From the IMG/VR virus record IMGVR_UViG_3300044510_000078: a DNA stretch of 64,000 nt; one strand, given 5' to 3'. The position numbers and the translations under genes are program-made. Under the pieces are notes generated by a model. The model did no database searches. It had not been told where the DNA came from and worked only from the letters and a program-made list of their open reading frames with translations. The number at the start of each line of letters is the position of its first letter. Positions within the stretch are counted from its first letter, which is position 1. This DNA comes from a virus. Below, piece after piece: positions 55,074 to 63,945 of this stretch.

Positions 55074-55104
55074 AAGAAAAGGATAAAGAAAAATTGAATG
55101 TTTG

Positions 55105-55272
55105 TCAAGGGCTTTTTGCGCCCTTAATCCCCGTTTCGCCCGCCCGACCCGCCACCTGATTCCACACCTGATTATCTACCTGATTCATTACCTGATTCTT
55201 CACTTGATACCCCACCTGATTCCACACCCGACCCCGTATCTGATTTTCTACCTGATAAAAAATTGAATTCAT
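55105..55272 (-). CDS. xNQV tetrapeptide-repeat microprotein (55 aa)
   Basis: Read manually: MNSIFYQVENQIRGRVWNQVGYQVKNQVMNQVDNQVWNQVAG...; TAATG coupling. Confidence 0.65.
   Translation of the reverse strand: MNSIFYQVENQIRGRVWNQVGYQVKNQVMNQVDNQVWNQVAGRAGETGIKGAKSP
55155..55258. repeat. 12-bp tandem repeat (CCTGATTCCACA-like, about 8-9 copies)
   Basis: Visible periodicity; encodes the xNQV repeat on the minus strand. Confidence 0.85.
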
Positions 55273-55616
55273 TAGTTCAACCTTACCTTTTCTGCAAATG
55301 CGGGCTGTGTCAAACCAAGTTGTTCCACACGTCTTTGTTCTTGCGCTTTATCAATGGCCGATTGCACGGGGGCGGGGCACTCCTTTTCGAGCTTTCCCAA
55401 CAAATAAGCCGCCTGCACAAGTCCGTGCAGTTCAACCATGCGCCAAGTAAAATTAGGGTCAAAGGAGGAAGCCTGAGCCAAAAGTGTCAAATCATCCACA
55501 ATGGGGTGATTCAAGGGCTTTTGCGCCGACAACGCAATCCATTCGTCGGCGCGGGCCATAGATGCTTGCACCGTGGGCTTAACCTCGTCGGGCCTCAAGG
55601 AAATGAAATACTTCAT
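55272..55616 (-). CDS. Hypothetical protein (114 aa)
   Basis: TTGCTT-17-TATGCT-6-ATG promoter. Confidence 0.75.
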   Translation of the reverse strand: MKYFISLRPDEVKPTVQASMARADEWIALSAQKPLNHPIVDDLTLLAQASSFDPNFTWRMVELHGLVQAAYLLGKLEKECPAPVQSAIDKAQEQRRVEQLGLTQPAFAEKVRLN

Positions 55617-55666
55617 GCTTAGAGCATACGGGAAAGCCAAACCAAAAGCAAGAGAATTTGGCTCGT

Positions 55667-56200
55667 TTATGCGACTTCTTCCTCAGGTTCCCACCCAAAC
55701 ATTTCCGCCAACTCCCTATATTGCTCGGAATCAGCATCTTCCGTATAATCGTCATTCTCCACGCCGTTCTCGGCGGTGAACGTGCCCGCAAAGCCAATAC
55801 CCGGCTCAAAATAATGAAGGGCGAAGCAAGGGGAGGGGAAAAGCCGCGATAGCTTCTGAATTACAGGAATGGGCGGACTCCATGCCGTATCAAAGGCAAT
55901 ATCAAGAGCTTCGGGCGTTCTAGTTTTTACGTTGAAATCACCCTTGGCGGGATTACCAGCATCCCATTTCGTGCCCCAATTCTTTTGCGCCCATTCATAC
56001 CAGTCGGAGGCACCATACTTTGCAAGCATTTGCGCGGCAAGGGCTTCATCATTGACGGGGGAAGGGTGCGCCAACAATTCTTCGGGCATTGGCGTAACCC
56101 GCGCAAAGGAAAAGTGCGGGGTGCAGTATTGAGCGTCAAAGGCGTCCAATGCAGCCTTGTCGCCCGTTACCGTGAGATGATTTGAGCACCAATTTGGCAT
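55667..56200 (-). CDS. DUF1281/Api92-like ferredoxin-fold protein
   Basis: MPNWCSNHL, WYEWAQKNWGTKWD, FDTAWSPP, YFEPG..FAG. Confidence 0.85.
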   Translation of the reverse strand: MPNWCSNHLTVTGDKAALDAFDAQYCTPHFSFARVTPMPEELLAHPSPVNDEALAAQMLAKYGASDWYEWAQKNWGTKWDAGNPAKGDFNVKTRTPEALDIAFDTAWSPPIPVIQKLSRLFPSPCFALHYFEPGIGFAGTFTAENGVENDDYTEDADSEQYRELAEMFGWEPEEEVA

Positions 56201-56224
56201 ACCAGAAGCGTAAATGTTTTTGCT

Positions 56225-56524
56225 TTAATTGTCAAGGGGCTTCAAGCTATAAAGCCCAATATCCACCAACTGCCCTTCATTATCCATCATTTGAAGAAAA
56301 TGGCCTTTGATGCTGGCTTCTTTCATGGCCTTTTCGGTAAAGGCAAACTCAAAAATGTAGCCCTCATCATCCGTATAGGAACATTCAAAAACGACTTCAT
56401 CATCCTCGCCATTCATGGCGTCCAGTTGCCACGAATGAAGCAAATAACCGTTAATCTCAATGATGCTCGCCCGCGCAAGCAAGTCCATCGCGGGGCACAA
56501 AATTTCTTGGGTTTGGGTTGGCAT
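56225..56524 (-). CDS. Acidic hypothetical protein (99 aa)
   Basis: Own promoter. Confidence 0.75.
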   Translation of the reverse strand: MPTQTQEILCPAMDLLARASIIEINGYLLHSWQLDAMNGEDDEVVFECSYTDDEGYIFEFAFTEKAMKEASIKGHFLQMMDNEGQLVDIGLYSLKPLDN

Positions 56525-56571
56525 AAAAGAGAGGATAACTTAAACGGTGAGAAAAGTCAAGCCCTTAAGCC

Positions 56572-57042
56572 TTACCAGCTTGCTTGATACTCAAAATCCC
56601 AATCCTTCAAAAAGGCGGGGCAAGTCAAGATTGCCGTTAATTGCTTGACGGTGGATTCCAAATCGGCCTTGTAGCATTCGCCATAATCGGTATCACCAAA
56701 AAAGAAACCGTTTTGAGTGGGCAAATCTTCCGACCCCCTAACGCCTTTCAAAATATCCTGACAAAGCCCAAGCAAAACCCCCAACTGCTCGCGGCTGACG
56801 TAATAAGGCTTGCAATCGTCCTTACCTTCCTGAACATTATCCACGAACCACTTATGTATGGCGTTGGCCTTGCGCCAGTAGGCAACATTGATGGTGATGG
56901 TGCCGTGGGGATACGGCACGGGAACATCCTCTGCCTTCACACCCGCCAAAGAGCGCAGCTTGGCATACGTTTTGCCGTTGTCACTCGCCCATTTCGCACT
57001 ACTCACATAGCGGCGAGCGTTCAAATAGGAATCGAGGCCCAT
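56572..57042 (-). CDS. Conserved phage protein (MGLDSYL...YWRKANAIHKWF...GFFFG)
   Basis: Recognisable motif; leaderless promoter. Confidence 0.85.
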   Translation of the reverse strand: MGLDSYLNARRYVSSAKWASDNGKTYAKLRSLAGVKAEDVPVPYPHGTITINVAYWRKANAIHKWFVDNVQEGKDDCKPYYVSREQLGVLLGLCQDILKGVRGSEDLPTQNGFFFGDTDYGECYKADLESTVKQLTAILTCPAFLKDWDFEYQASW

Positions 57043-57087
57043 GATGAAAGACTAAGGGTTTTTCAAAGCGTTGTCAAGGCGGGTGTG

Positions 57088-57447
57088 TTAAAAACCGCTG
57101 TTCCACCCGTTATCCACAACCGCACGGGCAAAGTCCGCCCAATCATCAAAAATATATAATTTGACTTCGCCACCCGATTGAAGGGTGCGCTCCATTACCC
57201 TCTGTTTTGTGATAGATGCTGTATGGTATGCTGTTCCACCCTGATAAAAAGCCGCACGTTCGTTACCTTGTGTTTTCTCTTGATAATCAGTTAAGACAGC
57301 AACGCGACGCAGATACACGGCGGCAAAAATTTTGAATGGTTTATTTAGTGCCTGCGCTTCGTGTAGGGTGAGTGTATGGGTTGTTGGGGTAGGAACGATT
57401 CTAAGGGACGCCCCCGTGCGCAACGTGATTATTTGGGGTCGCATCAT
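57088..57447 (-). CDS. Hypothetical protein (119 aa)
   Basis: ATG at 57447. Confidence 0.6.
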   Translation of the reverse strand: MMRPQIITLRTGASLRIVPTPTTHTLTLHEAQALNKPFKIFAAVYLRRVAVLTDYQEKTQGNERAAFYQGGTAYHTASITKQRVMERTLQSGGEVKLYIFDDWADFARAVVDNGWNSGF

Positions 57448-57638
57448 ATATTTCGGGCTTTCGAAACTCGTCCCAAATACACGGCAAAGGCACATCATCA
57501 TCTTTCAGGCAAAACATTGGGGCTACAGCCCCATTCGCCTGCACAATGCCGGGAATGGAAATGCAAATAATGGGTTTATCCCCGTATTTGACATACGCTC
57601 CGTTTGCCGCCGTTTTTCGCAAACGGACGCGCGGCATA

Positions 57639-57809
57639 TCATCGGGAAGCATATTTCTCGTGCGTTTCCTGAATTTGGTGGGCGCAAAGCCAAAGCGCAT
57701 CAGAGGCGTCTAGCATTTCCCTTTGCTTCGCGGCATCCTCAGTATCGTAATTGGCCCTATGCCTCAAGTCGGCAATGAAGTGGAACAATTCGTGAATGGC
57801 CTTGCGCAT
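57639..57809 (-). CDS. Hypothetical protein (56 aa)
   Basis: TTGACA-17-TATCCT-6-ATG promoter. Confidence 0.7.
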   Translation of the reverse strand: MRKAIHELFHFIADLRHRANYDTEDAAKQREMLDASDALWLCAHQIQETHEKYASR

Positions 57810-57847
57810 AGGGAAAGGATAGGATATTTGAAGGCTGGTGTCAAGTA

Positions 57848-58393
57848 TCAGCACGAGCACCCATACTCAAAATCATCCAACGTGACTTTTCTGCCCAACA
57901 CCACGGAAAGATGGTGCATCAAATTTTCCGCGTCGTCCAGTTCATCTCGCCCATGCAAATCGCGCCCGTAAAAGACAATCCGACCATCGCGGATATTATC
58001 AATGAAATTGTCATAAGCTGTCTGGCCATTATGATAGGGATTATGCTTCCGAGCGTAATTACGGAGCCATGCCCGCGAAGCCTCCTTATCCTCCACGACA
58101 ACCTTATCAAATGCCGGGTGACTCCAATCGTGCCGCAAATTCGTCACGGTTTTGGGATACAGGAAAAGCCAGAATTTATCCCCCTTCTTGACGGTATCAA
58201 CACCCTTTAGGAAAGGGTCCACAATGCCCACGGGCTGTAAGCCACCGTGGGGCGTTACGGCCAAACCATCCCTGAGAGCCACCACGTTACCGGGACTCAA
58301 AAGCTCCTTTGCTACAACCGGAATCACAGCAATATGGATTGCATCGCGGGCGGTTTGGGTAGTAAGTTCGCCAATGTTTGGTTCGTGCTTCAT
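57848..58393 (-). CDS. Hypothetical protein (181 aa), paralog of 33290-33856
   Basis: MKHEPNIGELTT...RDAIHIAVIPV...YGCSC; true start 58393 (the track ORF is over-extended). Confidence 0.85.
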   Translation of the reverse strand: MKHEPNIGELTTQTARDAIHIAVIPVVAKELLSPGNVVALRDGLAVTPHGGLQPVGIVDPFLKGVDTVKKGDKFWLFLYPKTVTNLRHDWSHPAFDKVVVEDKEASRAWLRNYARKHNPYHNGQTAYDNFIDNIRDGRIVFYGRDLHGRDELDDAENLMHHLSVVLGRKVTLDDFEYGCSC

Positions 58394-58424
58394 AGGTAGA
58401 AGATAAAGGATTACAAAGCGTGTG

Positions 58425-58750
58425 TCAAGAGCATTGGGACAACAATTCATCCTCTGGAATATCAGAAACATTACTATCCAATTTCCAATGATATTTCTGA
58501 GCATCCTCAAGATGTTTGCGCCCCCTCTCAAGTTCGTCCATATCCCCAATGAGTGTCGCGGAAATACGTTCTCCCTTGGTAATACAAGACAGCATTTCAT
58601 CAATGGCGAAACGCTTATACTGGTAAAGTGGACCGGGGGATTCACCCGTTCGCACAACCGAAAAACGTGAAAACCCAACCACGGACGCCACCACCAAAGG
58701 GTGCCCCGCCATTCCTCACCATTTTTCAGTTTGATATGAGTGGTATGCAA
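58425..58750 (-). pseudogene. Apparently frameshifted hypothetical gene
   Basis: Promoter, then HTTHIKLKNGEEWRGTLWWWRP in one frame and SVVRTGES...DELERGRK in another; the switch is near the T5 run at 58661-58665. Confidence 0.5.
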
Positions 58751-58794
58751 GACGGAAAAAGTATAAAAAATTACAGGGTGCGCGTCAAAGAATC

Positions 58795-59017
58795 TTATGC
58801 ACCCTGCCAATTATACGGCACGGTTAAATCACCCCATTTATCACACGGGATGGTTTCATCCCGTTCCCCATAAGTGGGGGGGACAATATTCATAACATTG
58901 CGGACAATTTTCTCCGCTCGGTGAGGAAACGTCACGGCATGGCTATCGCCATTTATACCCACAATCGGGACAGTCAAAGTGCCGCCAGCCACGACGGATT
59001 TGCGAGGAATTATTCAT
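58795..59017 (-). pseudogene. Zinc-finger gene with internal TAG and +1 frameshift
   Basis: FDCPDCGYKWR*PCRDVSSPSGENCPQC (TAG at 58945-58943), then a C7 run at 58876-58882 shifts into PPTYGERDETIPCDKWG. Confidence 0.65.
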
Positions 59018-59100
59018 CTTCTTTGCCCCTAATTACGGGTGCTTCCGCCATTACCGAAGGGTTTAAGAAGTTTCATAGAAGAAGGATAACTGATTTCCCC

Positions 59101-59376
59101 TCATTCTGCAAGCTTTATTTCATCCGCATATTTCGCCAAAATATCCCCATGACAGGCCAGCGGCGCGCACCAACAGCCCAATGCTTTACCTTTTAATTCA
59201 TGCAGAGCGGCTATCAGCACGGGGGTTGAAAGCAAATACGCTTCATATTTAGCGATAACTTCCTCCCTTGTGCCATCTTTACCAATCACGAAGGGGTTTC
59301 CCCACTTGCCGGGACGCCCAATATAAATGTCGAACGGGGCTTTCTTACAATGAACAACGGTAGTTGGCGCGGACAC
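59101..59376 (-). CDS. DUF4326 protein
   Basis: VVHCKK...IYIGRPGKWGNPF...REEVIAKY...LKGKALGCWCAP..CHGDIL; start approximate. Confidence 0.88.
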   Translation of the reverse strand: MSAPTTVVHCKKAPFDIYIGRPGKWGNPFVIGKDGTREEVIAKYEAYLLSTPVLIAALHELKGKALGCWCAPLACHGDILAKYADEIKLAE

Positions 59377-59444
59377 AATCAAAGCAAGTTGCTGGCGAAT
59401 TATAGGAATAGTATATTCCCTTTGTTCCCACAAGTCAAACAAAA

Positions 59445-59789
59445 TTATTGACTTATGAGATACGCGCCAAAATACGTCAGGGCAAATGCACTCCCCGACA
59501 TGAGCAAAGCGCACCAGACGTAGGCAACCCATTCGCGCCACGACGCGGGCTTTGCACCTGACGTAACGATTCCGTAAGGCGTCAAAAACACCTTATCCAC
59601 CAGTATTTGCAATCCCGCAATCATCAAAAGCAACACGAATGTTCCCACCGTCAGCCCCATCACAAAAGTCCCGACGAAACAAAAGAAGCAAAACTCCCAA
59701 AAATTTACGTCATTCGCGCGATATTTGAGGAAAACGGGGCGAATATCATCGGCGCGCATAGCATAGAGCGTATGATTACGGATAAACAC
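59445..59789 (-). CDS. Small membrane protein (2-3 TM)
   Basis: Hydrophobic segments; start uncertain. Confidence 0.6.
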   Translation of the reverse strand: MFIRNHTLYAMRADDIRPVFLKYRANDVNFWEFCFFCFVGTFVMGLTVGTFVLLLMIAGLQILVDKVFLTPYGIVTSGAKPASWREWVAYVWCALLMSGSAFALTYFGAYLISQ

Positions 59790-59831
59790 ACGTCTCTAAT
59801 CGGTTTTACACGATGCCCTTTATTTGAGAAG

Positions 59832-60170
59832 TCAAGCCTTAGAAATACGCGCATTGGGAAAGGCCAATTTAACCGTTTCCTTATTCAACACAACGCGCCC
59901 GCTCGCCTTATCAACGAACGCTTCCAAAATACCGATGCGTTCCTTCATCATGGCCCGCCTGTCCTCGCCCACTTGCATCATTTTTGCCTTGAGCTTACGT
60001 AAACGGGTGGTTGCATGAGCAGCCAAAAGGCGGATAGGGCGAATCCTAAAGGGTGTGGGAGCATATTTAGCGCGGTTAGCCTCTTTGCGCTTCTGGGTCC
60101 TTGCCTCCTTATAGGCATTATTGCGCGGCGCGGCCACCTTTTGCTTTTTTGCCTGTTTGTCCTTAGCCAT
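59832..60170 (-). CDS. Highly basic protein (112 aa)
   Basis: Lys/Arg-rich; TTGACA promoter. Confidence 0.75.
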   Translation of the reverse strand: MAKDKQAKKQKVAAPRNNAYKEARTQKRKEANRAKYAPTPFRIRPIRLLAAHATTRLRKLKAKMMQVGEDRRAMMKERIGILEAFVDKASGRVVLNKETVKLAFPNARISKA

Positions 60171-60179
60171 AGAAAAAGG

Positions 60180-60920
60180 TTAATGTTTTTGCGGGTTACT
60201 GTCAAGGGCTATATTATACACTTTAACTACAAATCCTGTTTTATCATTCATTGCTCGCCCCAAAGCCCGCAAACCCACGAATACGCCCTTTTTATCCAGA
60301 AAACGCAAATCGTGTTTCGTTCCATCTATTACCTTGCGCCCTAAATATTTAGAGGGTAACTTACATCCCTTTGGAGTATCAAAAACAACCGCGACATTAT
60401 GCCCTAGTGCGCTCAACATTTCGGCTTGCGCGGCATTACTTTCGGAACGGGAAAAGGTTAAATGATAATTTGCGGGGAGAGGCTTAAAGAAGCGGGTTGG
60501 GATTTTTGTATAATCCATGAATTGAACGTCTGGAAAATGTTCAAAAATAGTTTTGCCGCCGAATTGAATGTTTTCATATTGTATGTCGCTTGTTAGGTTC
60601 AGGCGGACGACGCACCCCTTATGTTCGCGGGCGGCTTTCCTTTGCGCCGCCCGAATATCGGCAATTAAGGCATTGCCAAACCCTTCCCTATTCTCAAAAA
60701 AGAAGCGTGTTTTACGGATTCGAGCGTTTTGTGTCCTACTATAACGCCCGTGTCCCGAAGTATTAAGGCAACCCGTCGAGCAGCCTTTACTCGCCATCGG
60801 GCATACATTGTGCCCGCTCAACCTATGCGGGGCCAAGTGTAATCCGACACTCAGGAAACCATATTTTTCTCCCTTGAGAATTTTGGGATTATTCAGGGTA
60901 AGAAGTTGGAATGAAGCCAT
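60180..60920 (-). CDS. GP88-like Cys protein (second subtype)
   Basis: NPKILKG, LHLAP, VCPMASKGCSTGCLNTSG, VRLNLTSDI, FMDYTK, YHLTFS, DGTKHDLRFLD. Confidence 0.8.
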   Translation of the reverse strand: MASFQLLTLNNPKILKGEKYGFLSVGLHLAPHRLSGHNVCPMASKGCSTGCLNTSGHGRYSRTQNARIRKTRFFFENREGFGNALIADIRAAQRKAAREHKGCVVRLNLTSDIQYENIQFGGKTIFEHFPDVQFMDYTKIPTRFFKPLPANYHLTFSRSESNAAQAEMLSALGHNVAVVFDTPKGCKLPSKYLGRKVIDGTKHDLRFLDKKGVFVGLRALGRAMNDKTGFVVKVYNIALDSNPQKH

Positions 60921-61087
60921 GATGAATTTTAGCCCTTTTTACCAGCCTTGTCAACCCATAACCATAAGAGGCACAAAATCAGCCAAGCCAGCAATAGACC
61001 CATGAGAGAAGGATACCGGAAGGTTGAAAAGAAGTCAAAACGAATGTAAGGGCTGGATTATCAAGGATTTAGAGCGTGCAAATAGCT

Positions 61088-61537
61088 CTAAATTCCATCC
61101 GAAGTATTTGTAGTATAGAGAATGATGGTTGGCCGTATATCCTTTAGTGGGATGGAGTTAACCAAATCAACTAAAAATACTCGCCGTGCCGCCAGATTGT
61201 CCTGTTGAGCATTGGTTATTTGCAGCCATTTTAGGTAGCCAATCGGAATCCCAAAGGTATCTTGTATGGCGTGCAGAATCTTGTGTCCATCCCAACCCAT
61301 GAATAGGAAGGACCATATTTGCTGTTCGTTCAAAGGTTTGATTAGGCCGGGCGTATCCCAATGGGGGTGGACATACCTTAATATGCTGAAATCACTTATT
61401 TGAAGCCCCGACGCTAAAGCTAGTTCCCCAATGATATTGCGCGCATATTTATTTCCTATACGTTCAAAATGCTTGTATTGCGATAGGCACCCGCGCCGGA
61501 TTAAACGGATTGCTTTATCTCTTTGGATTGAAGTCAT
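61088..61537 (-). CDS. Hypothetical protein (149 aa)
   Basis: ATGA-coupled ORF. Confidence 0.65.
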   Translation of the reverse strand: MTSIQRDKAIRLIRRGCLSQYKHFERIGNKYARNIIGELALASGLQISDFSILRYVHPHWDTPGLIKPLNEQQIWSFLFMGWDGHKILHAIQDTFGIPIGYLKWLQITNAQQDNLAARRVFLVDLVNSIPLKDIRPTIILYTTNTSDGI

Positions 61538-61746
61538 TGCGCGCCGTTCCGCGTATCATAGTAAGCGTTGATTAACTGGAAAACCTCCCAATACTTAGCC
61601 TTCGCGTCCACATTATTTGCGTATTTAAGTTTTTGTTCGTTCGCGCCACATCTGACTGTCACCATATTGCCATTTAGGAGAATGGACGTAATATGCCGTA
61701 TGACAATCATTATATTCGGGCTGATTTCGAAGCAATGCTCTTTCAC
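61534..61746 (-). CDS. Hypothetical protein (70 aa)
   Basis: ORF track. Confidence 0.6.
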   Translation of the reverse strand: MKEHCFEISPNIMIVIRHITSILLNGNMVTVRCGANEQKLKYANNVDAKAKYWEVFQLINAYYDTRNGAQ

Positions 61747-61785
61747 GGAAGGCGGGCCGACGGGCTTAAAGAATGATTATTTATC

Positions 61786-62001
61786 TTATTTATGAAAAGC
61801 GTTCGGGTGAATCGAAACAAGGCTTATTTCCCAATTCCACCAAAGCCCTATCCTAACTGACGGACTATCAGCCCGCACCGTATCAACCCCAATCAATCCA
61901 TTTTTCCAACGCCGCCACTGAATACCCGTCCCGAAAGGCTTCCCGAAATGGTGCCAAAAAGAAAAACCAATGCAGCGCCTAAAGAGTTTGATGGGTTTCA
62001 T
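61786..62001 (-). CDS. Hypothetical Trp-rich protein (71 aa)
   Basis: ORF in operon. Confidence 0.6.
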   Translation of the reverse strand: MKPIKLFRRCIGFSFWHHFGKPFGTGIQWRRWKNGLIGVDTVRADSPSVRIGLWWNWEISLVSIHPNAFHK

Positions 62002-62011
62002 AAATGGGGTT

Positions 62012-62329
62012 TTATTTGGTGGTAGAAAGGCTTTTAACGTATTTAATCATTTTCGCGCGGCGAACCTCAAGATTAGGGGAAGAATCGTTAATCTGTTGCA
62101 AATCTGATTGGTTTTCACGGCTTAATCCAAATTTCCTCAAAATTGGTTTAGAAATGTAAGGGCGCAACCAGATACTACCATTCGTGTTTTGTAACGTTTT
62201 TTTCTCAACTCCCGCCGCCAACGCCAACCCACCTATCACGCACACCTTATCTCGGAAACAGTAATTCCACCGGATGAAGTCACCCGACCTTATTACCCTT
62301 AACGTGGCTTGTTTTTGAGCTTTTGTCAT
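62012..62329 (-). CDS. Hypothetical protein (105 aa), tandem paralog of 62340-62660
   Basis: MTKAQK..LRVI..G.FIR..Y....CVIG.LAL...LQ.INDSS. Confidence 0.8.
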   Translation of the reverse strand: MTKAQKQATLRVIRSGDFIRWNYCFRDKVCVIGGLALAAGVEKKTLQNTNGSIWLRPYISKPILRKFGLSRENQSDLQQINDSSPNLEVRRAKMIKYVKSLSTTK

Positions 62330-62339
62330 AAAGGTAGGG

Positions 62340-62660
62340 TTATTTACAAGTGGGGAGTTTTTCGATAAATTTCGTCATTCTTTTAAGCCGAATGGGGGCA
62401 TCGGCGCTAGAATCGTTTATTCTTTGTAATTGAAGTTGCTGGTAATCGGTCAACCCAAATACGCTAAAAATGGATTTAAAAATGGACGGGTAGGAGCAAA
62501 TACCGCCGCAATTTGCCCGCTCCAAAGTTCTCCAACTAACATGAGCTTTTAGCGCCAGCGCACCTATAACACACGATTCGCCATCGGAATAGTATTTAAG
62601 TCGAATGAATCCACCCTGCTTTATCACCCTCAACGCCGCCCGCTTTTGCGCCTTAGTCAT
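62340..62660 (-). CDS. Hypothetical protein (106 aa), tandem paralog of 62012-62329
   Basis: Same motifs; TTGACA promoter. Confidence 0.8.
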   Translation of the reverse strand: MTKAQKRAALRVIKQGGFIRLKYYSDGESCVIGALALKAHVSWRTLERANCGGICSYPSIFKSIFSVFGLTDYQQLQLQRINDSSADAPIRLKRMTKFIEKLPTCK

Positions 62661-63463
62661 AGAGGAATCATAATGCTTTTATGGGCGGTTGTCAAGGGCT
62701 GTATGCTCTGAACGCGCATTATTCGCAATGTCCTACCCCTCCAACACCCCTCCACAAAACCCCATTTGGGAAGCCTGAAAAATGAAAAATTGATATAAGT
62801 GGCTTATTTCTAAGCATTTGCACAAAATCTGATTCGAGTCAAAACCCCTGTCTGAAAAGTCATTACCCACTAGACAAAAACGCACCCATCGAGCCTTATT
62901 TTTCACCTTTAATGTCTTACCCCATCCATCCCGCCACCCCCTCGCGGATGGCATTATTTGACCCCCTAGAGGAAGAAAACCACACCATATCCAGCCCCGT
63001 TCCCCTGACCCCCGAAACCCCAAAAATGAAGAAATCCATAGTAGAGAGAACAACAAAAAATCATCAGGGGAATTTCGTATGAATTATTTAGGGGGAGAAA
63101 ATTGTCGCGCAACCCATTTTTGAACATTTCGAGTATGTTTTACAAATTTGACCTACTACTAACCTGTTGTTATTACTCATTCCTATCTATTGTTATATCT
63201 TCTTTATCTGGCACAAAACACCCTTATTATCAGGGGTTTATGTAGCAAAACGCATCAACCACACAACCAGACCGAAGTGGGGATATACCAGCCCATCTAT
63301 CATTATCTGGTATCACGCCAACAGGGGGAGGGAAAGGGGCGTAAAGGGGTCAAAAGTATCAAATCCATCTTATTTCACGAAAAAGGGTAAAAACTTACTC
63401 AAAACACATTAAACAAAGCCCAAAAGCGCGCGGAAAATGATTTAATGTCTTTTTAGAATATCT

Positions 63464-63682
63464 TTATTTGATAGGCTCTTGAACTAGAGCGCCACCTTCA
63501 TACGGATGATTAGCAAATTGAACAGCGAGTTCAATCCATAAGAATTGCGTTCTAAAGCGCAGCCTTGTTTCGGGGGCAATTTGCTCAGACACCGTGGCTT
63601 CAACCTGCGAAATCATATTATGCACCGCATCGTAATATTTTGTCATTCCATTATTTAATAAATATTCTTGAAAGTGGGTCAT
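63464..63682 (-). CDS. Hypothetical protein (72 aa)
   Basis: ORF in operon. Confidence 0.65.
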   Translation of the reverse strand: MTHFQEYLLNNGMTKYYDAVHNMISQVEATVSEQIAPETRLRFRTQFLWIELAVQFANHPYEGGALVQEPIK

Positions 63683-63684
63683 AT

Positions 63685-63945
63685 TTAATGATACATTAAC
63701 TTTACCGTCGAATTAACCCCTAACCGCGCGAGCAAGCGTTCGCCTACTTGCGCCCAAACCGTATTCGCAACCGACAATTCCACTTTATTTCGCACATGAT
63801 ACCATAGTTCATGTCCTACTTGAGCATCCAACGCGCTTCGGAATGGTTCGGCCACCCCAATTAACACCCCTCGACAGTTCTGACTCATCCCGTGATATCC
63901 TACCCAATTTCTAATAATTTGTAGTTGAGTGTCGGTCATTTCCAT
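63685..63945 (-). CDS. Hypothetical protein (86 aa) with xxQV-like periodicity
   Basis: DAQVGHELWYHVRNKVELSVANTVWAQVGERL. Confidence 0.65.
   Translation of the reverse strand: MEMTDTQLQIIRNWVGYHGMSQNCRGVLIGVAEPFRSALDAQVGHELWYHVRNKVELSVANTVWAQVGERLLARLGVNSTVKLMYH

Noticed and set aside
57848-58810. 320-aa ORF as a single gene
   Set aside because: It is a fusion of frames. The real gene starts at 58393 behind its own promoter; the upstream part belongs to a separate frameshifted gene.
58943-58945. TAG recoding (alternative genetic code)
   Set aside because: Many genes end cleanly in TAG (25833, 27701, 27927, 31324, 31897), no CTA-anticodon tRNA was found, and the same gene also has a frameshift.
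62733-63412. ORFs 62733-63056, 63167-63412 and 63190-63390
   Set aside because: Low-complexity products of skewed DNA without the promoter/start architecture seen elsewhere.
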